A stretch of DNA of 64,000 nucleotides from Longimicrobiales bacterium (lineage in GTDB: Bacteria; Gemmatimonadota; Gemmatimonadetes; Longimicrobiales; Gaopeijiaceae): assembly GCA_965204735.1 (NCBI GenBank), contig OZ242008.1, positions 2,080,001 through 2,144,000 of the forward strand, in the 5' to 3' direction. The notes beneath the pieces were generated by a model. It searched no databases, was not told the origin of the DNA, and saw only the letters and a list, made by a program, of their open reading frames with translations. Shown in pieces: positions 21,953-29,219 of the stretch. Numbering within the stretch: the first letter of the stretch is position 1; each line of letters starts with the position of its first letter. The translations under genes and the position numbers were made by a program.

Positions 21953-23168
21953 TGGAATGGCCCCGATTTTGCGGACATCTCAGATTGGTCGGAAAGGAGG
22001 ACGCACGATAGTGGAGAACCGCACCCGATACACGGCCGAGTACCGGCGGGACGTAGTCGGTATGGCGCACCGCACGGGTCTGTCGCCCGATGCGCTGGCC
22101 CGCGACCTCAAACCCTCGGCGGGAACGATCCGACGATGGATCAGGCAAGCCGAGCTTGACCATGGACAGCGGACCGACGGCATCACGACTCAGCAGCGGT
22201 CGGCAGAGCGTCAGCTGCGGAACGAAGTCCGGCGCCTCCGGCAGGAGCGCGACATCCTGCTTGCGGCGGCAACTTGGTTTCGCGGCGGAGCAAAGACCGC
22301 TCCACAAGACGCGTTCGTATTCATGAAGGCTCACAGCGAAGTCCTCCCCGTCCGCGCCATGTGTCGGTTGCTCAACTCTTCGCCAAGCGGCTACTACGCC
22401 TGGCTGAAACGGCCGCCGTCCGCTCGGGCACGTCGCGACGCCGTACTTCGGCAACAGATACACCTCATCTGGAGGAACAGCCGGCAAACGTACGGTCGCC
22501 GCCGAATCCACGCCGATCTGAAGGCACGGGGCGAGAAGGTGTCGCCGAAGCGCGTCGCCAGGCTCATGAGAGAAATGGGCATCAGCGGCTCCAGCGCACG
22601 GAGGAGGACAGCAACCCGGTCACGCCGCCGCCCGGCCGCTTGCCCGGCACCGGACTTGGTGAATCGGGATTTCCGAGCCGCGGGCCGTGACGAACTGTGG
22701 GTCGCCGACATCACCCAGGTGTCCACTGAGGCCGGGCGCCTCTATGTCGCCGTCGTTCTCGACGCCTGGAGCCGCTTGATCGTGGGTTGGGCTGCAGAGA
22801 CCCACGTCCGATCCGAGCTGGTCGAGCGTGCGCTCGCCATGGCCGTCCGGCGTCGGTGCCCGATGGACGTCGTGCACCACTCCGATCGGGGGACGCAGTA
22901 CGCCTCCCACGCATTCGGCCAACGCTGCCAGACCTCACGTGTCCGACTCTCCATGGGCACCCCGGGCAACCCCTACGACAACGCCATGTGCGAGAGCTTC
23001 TTTGCCACGCTGGCACGCGAGCTGCTGAGCCGACGCATCTTCTCGAACCCAGACACGGCCCGGAGAGCGATCGCCGACTTCGTCGAGTGCTTCTACAACC
23101 GTCGGCGACGTCACTCCGCCCTGGGCTACGACTCCCCCGCGGCATACGAAATCCGCCATGCGACGTAG
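21953..23168 (+). mobile_element. IS3-family insertion sequence; left end present, right end not found
   Basis: IS3-like left end TGGAATGGCCCCGATTTTGCGGACA abuts the last repeat, followed by the transposase. No complementary right end is seen after the stop. Confidence 0.85.
22011..23168 (+). CDS. IS3-family transposase, OrfA-OrfB in one frame
   Basis: GTG start after AAAGGAGG. Has an HTH and a leucine zipper (LRNEVRRLRQERDIL), YGRRRI, and DDE motifs WVADIT / HHSDRGTQY / NAMCESFF. Confidence 0.9.
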   Translation: MENRTRYTAEYRRDVVGMAHRTGLSPDALARDLKPSAGTIRRWIRQAELDHGQRTDGITTQQRSAERQLRNEVRRLRQERDILLAAATWFRGGAKTAPQDAFVFMKAHSEVLPVRAMCRLLNSSPSGYYAWLKRPPSARARRDAVLRQQIHLIWRNSRQTYGRRRIHADLKARGEKVSPKRVARLMREMGISGSSARRRTATRSRRRPAACPAPDLVNRDFRAAGRDELWVADITQVSTEAGRLYVAVVLDAWSRLIVGWAAETHVRSELVERALAMAVRRRCPMDVVHHSDRGTQYASHAFGQRCQTSRVRLSMGTPGNPYDNAMCESFFATLARELLSRRIFSNPDTARRAIADFVECFYNRRRRHSALGYDSPAAYEIRHAT

Positions 23169-23172
23169 GAGG

Positions 23173-23446
23173 CCGTGGCCAAGCTCTGGCCGGGTAGAGG
23201 TCAACGCGGACGGGTCCAGACACTGTTGTATCCCAATGGCTCGCAGGGAGCAACCGCAATGCCCGAGAGACGCCGTTCGACGACGACGGGGCGGCCAGCC
23301 GCGACGCCGGCCGCCTCCGCGTCGCGGGCCGTGACCTGCCAGAAGGGGTTCTCGAAGCGCACGGTGAAGTCGCGGGCCACGACCCGCGTGTCCGTCTCGG
23401 CGAAGAGGGCTTCAAGGTCGATGTCCTGAGGCAGCGGGGCGATGGA
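23173..23446 (-). pseudogene. Deleted relic of the IS1202-family element found at 43213..45072, in inverted orientation
   Basis: 23173..~23245 matches the reverse complement of ~44797..44868, and ~23256..23446 matches the reverse complement of ~44215..44410. Confidence 0.85.
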
Positions 23447-24152
23447 CGGGCCGAGCTACTCCGCATTGGCTTCCTGCGCTCCACGAACCAGGAGCGATAC
23501 CTGAAGCTAAAGGGGCGCGCCGTCCGAATTTCGGCCACTGGGATCACAACGCGAAACTTGTCCTGATGATCGTCTCCCAACTCATCGAGATGCATCAGTA
23601 ATGCTTTGGCATAGTTCGTCGTGAGCACCAGTTCCTAGGTCTCACGATCACGATAGCCGCTATAGAGCGGAAAGATCTCGACAAATTTGCGTTCGGGCTT
23701 GGCTACCTTGGCTTCCAGCGCCCATCCGACATACACCTTATTGCTTGCAAGCGTTAACTCTACCAGCTGCGTTGGCTTCATGGAATCCAGGAAAACGGCT
23801 TCAAGGTAGTTGCCCGTGGTGCGCACCGCTCGCTCCGCCCCGCTATTCCTGTCATACAGCAGATTGATAACAACCGCTATGAGTGGACCGAGCACAAACG
23901 CGACAAACAATGTACCGGAATATGGAAGCGGCGCAAGTCATCCCAGTTCGCAAGTCGGCTTTCGAGAACATGCTTGTGCAGAATGCAATATACAAGAAGT
24001 CTGGCCAATACGAGGAGAATCAACCCCACAGCGGCAGACTCAAAAACCAACCTGTATCCGCTCTCGCGACCAATGGAAAATCGTGTGTAGTTGCAGTATC
24101 GTAGAAAGAGATAGCCGCTAACAAGCGGCACAAAGAAGAAACCAAACCCCAT
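23447..24152 (-). pseudogene. Hypothetical membrane protein, broken by one frameshift and one in-frame stop
   Basis: ORFs 24152..23877, 23910..23635 and 23628.. join into one protein if a 1-nt deletion near 23936 and the TAG at 23635-23637 are repaired. Region is visibly lower in GC. Confidence 0.6.
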
Positions 24153-24200
24153 GTCACTGCTCCTTGTATCTTATGGTGATGCAGATCGTTTTGTCTGCTG

Positions 24201-24416
24201 TTATGACTGCCCCTGCGCGTCGACCGATGAAGGTGTCCGACTCCTTCTTCCCGCCAACGGTTGAACTCTCACCGCACCGGCAGCTTTGGCGATCATGTCA
24301 CGCCCCTGCTTGCTCTGGAGGAATGCTCTGAACTCCTGCCGGTCTACAGAGTGTCCACCGTCCGTCGTGTGATGGATCGTCCATTCTGTGACCTTCTCCC
24401 TCCCATCTTTGGCCAA
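24201..24416 (-). CDS. Small hypothetical protein
   Basis: 71-aa ORF, co-oriented with and just upstream of the membrane pseudogene. No recognisable motif. Confidence 0.3.
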   Translation of the reverse strand: MAKDGREKVTEWTIHHTTDGGHSVDRQEFRAFLQSKQGRDMIAKAAGAVRVQPLAGRRSRTPSSVDAQGQS

Positions 24417-24607
24417 TCTAGAGCCTCCTCTACATTTGGGATCTCTGGTGCGTGCGAGCCCTCCGGTGCGGCGGCACGCTGAATCATCGCCTCTCTCCGG
24501 TCACGTGTCAACTCCATCGGCGTCCGCAGCAGCCCCCGAGTCGGCGTAGCGATCGGTTGGGCCGTGGCGTGGAAAGCCTTCAACATGCATGCCGCCGCCC
24601 CCACCCC

Positions 24608-25432
24608 TCAATCGCCCCTGGGATACGAACCCAGAACCTTGAACGACGCGGCGGGCCGGGCAATGTCCGCAAGGGCGTCGTGGACGGCGGGGTCGGTCCG
24701 ATGTCCTTCCACGTCCAGCAGGAAGTAGTAGCGGCCCGGGCTTCGCTTGTCGGGGCGGGACTCGATCTTGAGCATGTTGATCCGCCGCGACGCCAGCGCG
24801 CCCAGGGCGTTGTGAAGGATCCCGGGGCCGTCGTGGCTGAAGTCGAAGCAGACGGACGTCTTGTCGCGGCCCGTGGGCTCCGCGTCGGCGGCCGCCAAGA
24901 CCACGAAGCGGGTCTGGTTGTTCGGAGCGTCCTCGATTCCGGACGCGGCGACTTCGGCGCCGAAGAGCTCGGCGGCGCGACGGCTGGACACGGCGGCTGC
25001 GGGCCGGTCGCTGCGCAGCATGTCCCCTACCGCGGCGGCGGTGCTGAGCGAAGCCGAGAACCCCGCCTCGGGGAAGCGCCGCCCCAAGTAGCCGCGGCAC
25101 TGCGCCGTCGCCTGGGGATGGGAGAAGACCACGGCCACCTGGGCCGGGTCGGCGCCCGGAGGCAAGACCAGGCAATGGCGGATCGGGACAACGATCTCGC
25201 GCTTGATCTTCAGCGCCGTCTCGTGGATCAGAAGGTCGGTCGTCGAAGTGACGGCGCCCTCCAAGCTGTTCTCGATGGGCACGACCGCCTCGTCCGCCTC
25301 GCCGCCGCCCGCCGCCCGGATCGCCGCCGGGATGCTCCCGAAGGGCACCCGGCGAGCCTCCGGACCGTACCCAAGCGCCGCCTGCTCGCTGTACGTGCCC
25401 TCGGGGCCAAGGTAAGCAAGGGTGAAAGCCAT
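24608..25432 (-). CDS. pheA: Prephenate dehydratase
   Basis: ATG at 25432. Motifs AYLGPEGTYSE, VPIENSLEG, SHPQA and NQTRF, plus an ACT domain with INMLKIESRP. Confidence 0.95.
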   Translation of the reverse strand: MAFTLAYLGPEGTYSEQAALGYGPEARRVPFGSIPAAIRAAGGGEADEAVVPIENSLEGAVTSTTDLLIHETALKIKREIVVPIRHCLVLPPGADPAQVAVVFSHPQATAQCRGYLGRRFPEAGFSASLSTAAAVGDMLRSDRPAAAVSSRRAAELFGAEVAASGIEDAPNNQTRFVVLAAADAEPTGRDKTSVCFDFSHDGPGILHNALGALASRRINMLKIESRPDKRSPGRYYFLLDVEGHRTDPAVHDALADIARPAASFKVLGSYPRGD

Positions 25433-25550
25433 GACGGGAAGAATCGCCTTGCGGTCTCGCATGTCAACAGTCTCGCGGGCTATCTTGCCGCCGCCCGAGC
25501 AGCCTGCCGGGGCCGAAGCGTGAACCAGCGCAGGAACGGAAGAGGCCGAC

Positions 25551-26858
25551 ATGGACCGGAAGTACGACGCCATCGTGATCGGAGCCGGGATCATCGGCGC
25601 TTCCGTTGGCTTCCACTTGGCGAAGGCGGGCCGCCGTACCCTGAACGTGGACAAGCGCGCCGCTGCCGGCTTCGGCTCCACGAGCAGCAGCTGCGCCATC
25701 GTTCGCTTCCACTACTCGACGCTCGAGGGCTGCGCCATGGCCCGGGAGAGCTACTTCCACTGGCTGGACTGGGGGCGCTGGCTGGGCGCGCCGGACGAGA
25801 AGGGCTTGGCAAAGTACGTCAACACCGGATGCTTGGTCGTCAAGAACGAGCGGAACGGCCGGCTGGCGCGCGTCATGCGCTGCCTGGACGAGCTCGGCGT
25901 CCCCTACGAGGAACTCACGGCGCGACAGACGGGCGAGCGCTTCCCGTGGCTCGACGCGGCCGCCTACGGTCCCCCGGTTCCCATCGACGACGAGCGCTTC
26001 GGACAACCGACGGGCGACGCAATAGACGGAGCCGTGTACCTGCCGGAGTCGGGCTACGTGGACGATCCGACGCTGGCTTGCCACAACCTGCAGCGCGCGT
26101 GCGAGCATCACGGCGGACGGTTCCGGTTCGGCGTCGAGGTCGTGGAGGTCCTTCGGGAGGCGGGACGGGTCGCCGGCGTGCGGCTGGCCGGGGGCGAAGA
26201 GATCGAAGCGCCGGTGGTGGTGAACGTCGCGGGTCCCCACTCGGGCGCGGTGAACGCCCTGGCCGGCGTGACGGGCGGCATGAACGTGGGAACCCGCCCC
26301 CTCAAGGTGGAGGTCTGCTACGTGCCGGCGCCGAAGGAAGTGGAGTACGAGCAGGTGGCGCCCCTGGTCTCCGACGGCGACGTGGGCTGCTACTCCAGGC
26401 CGACGACGGGCAACCACGTCGTCATCGGCTCCGAAGACCCGGAGTGCGACGCCCGCGCCTGGGTGGACGACCCCGACGACTACAATGCCAACTTCACCCG
26501 CCAGTGGGAGACCCAGGTCATGCGCGAGGCGCAGCGGATCAAGGGACTGGGAATCCCCGGGCAGCCCAGCGGCGTCGTGGACCTCTACGACGTGTCCGAC
26601 GACTGGCTCCCCATCTACGACAAGTCCGACCTGCCCGGGTTCTACATGGCCGTGGGCACGTCGGGCAACCAGTTCAAGAACGCTCCGGTGGCGGGCCGCG
26701 CAATGGCCGAGCTGGTGGATGCGGTGGAGGCGGGCCGCGACCACGACGCCGACCCGCTGGCCGTCCCGCTGCCGCGCACGGGGCGCGTCTGCGACCTGGG
26801 CTTCTTCAGCCGCCGGCGGACCGCGAACTACGAGTCGTCGATGTCGGTGATCGGCTGA
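25551..26858 (+). CDS. FAD-dependent oxidoreductase (DAO / sarcosine oxidase beta-like)
   Basis: Rossmann motif IVIGAGIIG, GFGSTSSS and GTSGNQFKNAP. SD-like GGAAGAGG upstream. Confidence 0.88.
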   Translation: MDRKYDAIVIGAGIIGASVGFHLAKAGRRTLNVDKRAAAGFGSTSSSCAIVRFHYSTLEGCAMARESYFHWLDWGRWLGAPDEKGLAKYVNTGCLVVKNERNGRLARVMRCLDELGVPYEELTARQTGERFPWLDAAAYGPPVPIDDERFGQPTGDAIDGAVYLPESGYVDDPTLACHNLQRACEHHGGRFRFGVEVVEVLREAGRVAGVRLAGGEEIEAPVVVNVAGPHSGAVNALAGVTGGMNVGTRPLKVEVCYVPAPKEVEYEQVAPLVSDGDVGCYSRPTTGNHVVIGSEDPECDARAWVDDPDDYNANFTRQWETQVMREAQRIKGLGIPGQPSGVVDLYDVSDDWLPIYDKSDLPGFYMAVGTSGNQFKNAPVAGRAMAELVDAVEAGRDHDADPLAVPLPRTGRVCDLGFFSRRRTANYESSMSVIG

Positions 26859-27021
26859 CGGTCACGCCGGACGGGTTGGGGTGGGCGCCGCGTGGCGCCG
26901 AAGGCCGACGGTCGATGTCGATGATCGGCTGACGGTCACGCCGGACGGTTGGGGTGGGCGCCGCGTGGCGCCGAAGGCCGACGGTCGATGTCGGTGATCG
27001 GCTGACGGTCACGCCGGACGG
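26837..27021. repeat. Tandem repeat, 73-74-bp unit x ~2.5, copying the gene's 3' end and stop codon
   Basis: GTCGATGTCG(G/A)TGATCGGCTGACGGTCACGCCGGACGG begins at 26837, 26911 and 26984. Confidence 0.9.
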
Positions 27022-27030
27022 AGCCGGGGG

Positions 27031-27093
27031 TTGACCTGTCGTTTCCGTTCCTTCATACTCCGTCGCCTTCGTTCTAGTTGAGAACGATTCTCA
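27031..27093 (+). promoter_or_regulatory. Sigma70-like promoter plus Fur-box-like operator
   Basis: TTGACC (27031), 17 nt spacer, CATACT (27054). The 7-1-7 inverted repeat TGAGAAC-G-ATTCTCA (27079-27093) resembles the Fur consensus TGATAATnATTATCA. Confidence 0.7.
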
Positions 27094-27118
27094 TTTTCAT
27101 CGAGAAGGTAGATCGCCA

Positions 27119-28114
27119 GTGTCGGAGTCGAAACGGTCCAGCCGCCGGTGCGTCGCCCGGCGTCCCGCAGCCCTGCTCGCCGCCTTCGGAGCCCTTTCGG
27201 CAGGCGCCTGCGTCAGTGCGCCCATCGTCGAACGGCCGGTTTCCGCAGCCGGCGACGGCCCCGCAATCGGCGTGCTCGTCATGGCACACGGCGGCGGGGC
27301 CGAGTGGAACGCCGCAGTCGCCGAAGCGGTCGCTCCGCTCCGAGACCGCATCCCCCTCGTCCTGGCCCTTGGCATGGCGGACCCCCGCACGCTCCAGGCG
27401 GGACTGGACAGCCTTGCGGCACAAGGCGCGAGCAACGTGGCCGTGATCCGTCTCTTCCTGTCCGGGGCTTCGTTTCTGCACCAGACCGAGTACCTCTTCG
27501 GGCTGCGCTCCGATCCGCCTCCCTGGGGGATGATCGGACACCGCATGACCGCCGGAACCGACCTTCGGCCGCTGGCCACGGAGGCAAGGGTCCTCGTGGA
27601 CCCCGACGGCTTGGCAGGCTCCAGGGCGGCCACGGGAATCTTGGAGCAACGGGCAGAGGCGGCGGCCTCCGAACGAGACGCCGGGCTGCTTCTGCTGGCC
27701 CACGGCATGGGCGCAGAGGACGAGAACGACCGGCTCCTCGCCGCCATGGAACGCACCGCGGAGAAGCTGCGGACGGCCGGGCATCCGGAGGTTCGCGTCG
27801 CCGCCCTGCGGGAGGACTGGGCCGAGGCCAGGACGGCGGCGGAACGGAGCATCCGAGCAGCCGTGGACGAGATGCGGAAGAGGCACGGTCGGGTCGTCGT
27901 GCTGCCCTACCGTCTCCACGGCTTCGGCCCCTACGCAAAGGTGCTCCGGGGGCTCGCCTACGACAGCGGTCCCGCTCTCCTTCCCCATCCCTTGATCACC
28001 GAGTGGGTCGCCGAACGGGCCACGGAGCGCTTCTGCTCTGCCGGCCTGCCGTCGCCGCTCGCTTCCTGCGCCCTTTCCGCCAATCCGGCACGGGGGCGCG
28101 AGCCAACCTTCTGA
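27119..28114 (+). CDS. CbiX/SirB-like class II chelatase-fold protein, predicted lipoprotein
   Basis: Two chelatase-like half-domains (VLVMAHGG and LLLLAHGMG). Basic then hydrophobic N-terminus ending in a lipobox-like LSAGAC. Confidence 0.7.
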   Translation: MSESKRSSRRCVARRPAALLAAFGALSAGACVSAPIVERPVSAAGDGPAIGVLVMAHGGGAEWNAAVAEAVAPLRDRIPLVLALGMADPRTLQAGLDSLAAQGASNVAVIRLFLSGASFLHQTEYLFGLRSDPPPWGMIGHRMTAGTDLRPLATEARVLVDPDGLAGSRAATGILEQRAEAAASERDAGLLLLAHGMGAEDENDRLLAAMERTAEKLRTAGHPEVRVAALREDWAEARTAAERSIRAAVDEMRKRHGRVVVLPYRLHGFGPYAKVLRGLAYDSGPALLPHPLITEWVAERATERFCSAGLPSPLASCALSANPARGREPTF

Positions 28115-28133
28115 ACCGAGGGTCTTCAAGACC

Positions 28134-29219
28134 ATGCGCAATAGCATCCAGTACCCCTGCTACGTCGCGGCCATGGCCGCCGCGACGGTGATCTCTCTCG
28201 TTCCCGCCGCCTGCGAGGACACGGTGGCCACGCCGGACGAAGTCTTCGAGGAAGGCACGATCACGATCGACGCCTCCTCCCTCGACGGCCCCGCCTACCT
28301 GAGCTTGGCCGACGGCGGAACGCTGACGAACTCCCCCGACGCCGCTTCCACGGCGTGGCACATGAGCTTCCGACGCTTCGCCGTGCGCCTCAACGGCGGA
28401 GTCAGCGGACCGGGTTCGGTCGCGGGCGCCAACCTGGGCAACAACGCCATGCTGACCCAGGAAGAGGTGGCGGCTCTCGACGAGGCCGACGGCGACAGCG
28501 CGTTCCAGGCGGTCACGGCGGACGACATTGCCGGCGCGACCTTCGTGGAAGACGACGTGGTGCCCGACCCCGGCGCCAGCTGGTTCCGGTTCGACGGGCG
28601 GGCGGGCACGGTGGTGGCCAACCCCGGGGCGGCGTGGAAGGTGCAGGAGGGATCGGGCCGGGGTCACGCGGTCTTCCGTGTCGCGGAGCTGACGATGCAG
28701 GGGCAGAGGCCCGTCGGGCTCGTCGTGGAACATCGGCGGCAGGACCCGGGCGGCGCCCTGGGCAACCCCCGGACCGTTGCGGTGGACCTGACGCGGGGAC
28801 CCGGATACGTCGCTCTCGCCGAAGGCCGGGCGCTTGGTCCCGGACAGGTGCAGGGCCCGAACGCCTGCGCGTGGGACCTCGGGGCGACGCCGGCGCTGGC
28901 AATCGAGGTCAACGCCGATTGCGGAGCGGGCACCTTTCCCCTTGCCGCCACCGAGGACTTCACGGCCCTGACGACAGCCGCCGACGCGCCCAAGTACGGA
29001 GGCTTCCTGTCCGCCGTCGGCGGGGCGTTCCCGGCGACCGTGGAAGACGCGAGCGGGACCTTCTGGTACAACATCAACGGCGGCAACCGGCTCTGGCCGA
29101 CCTACAACGTCTTCCTGGTGCGGACCGACCAAGAGGTCTACAAGGTCCAGGTCGTCGGCTACTACTCCGCAGGCGGCGAGTCGGGCTTCCCCACCGTGAG
29201 GTTCCTGCGACTCCGGTGA
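28134..29219 (+). CDS. HmuY-like heme-binding lipoprotein, probably two tandem domains
   Basis: Lipobox VPAAC. Motifs WHMSFRRFAVRLNGGVSGPG and, at the C-terminus, WYN...LWPTYNVFLVRT...YKVQVVGYY...SGFPTVRF. Confidence 0.75.
   Translation: MRNSIQYPCYVAAMAAATVISLVPAACEDTVATPDEVFEEGTITIDASSLDGPAYLSLADGGTLTNSPDAASTAWHMSFRRFAVRLNGGVSGPGSVAGANLGNNAMLTQEEVAALDEADGDSAFQAVTADDIAGATFVEDDVVPDPGASWFRFDGRAGTVVANPGAAWKVQEGSGRGHAVFRVAELTMQGQRPVGLVVEHRRQDPGGALGNPRTVAVDLTRGPGYVALAEGRALGPGQVQGPNACAWDLGATPALAIEVNADCGAGTFPLAATEDFTALTTAADAPKYGGFLSAVGGAFPATVEDASGTFWYNINGGNRLWPTYNVFLVRTDQEVYKVQVVGYYSAGGESGFPTVRFLRLR

Noticed and set aside
26837..27021. Mini-CRISPR interpretation of the 74-bp periodic repeat
   Set aside because: The intervening segments are near-identical and the unit includes a gene end, so it is a tandem duplication.
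28355..29215. N-terminal extension of the 1079-aa TonB receptor ORF
   Set aside because: It overlaps the HmuY-like gene in another frame. The coupled GTG at 29216 is the more plausible start.
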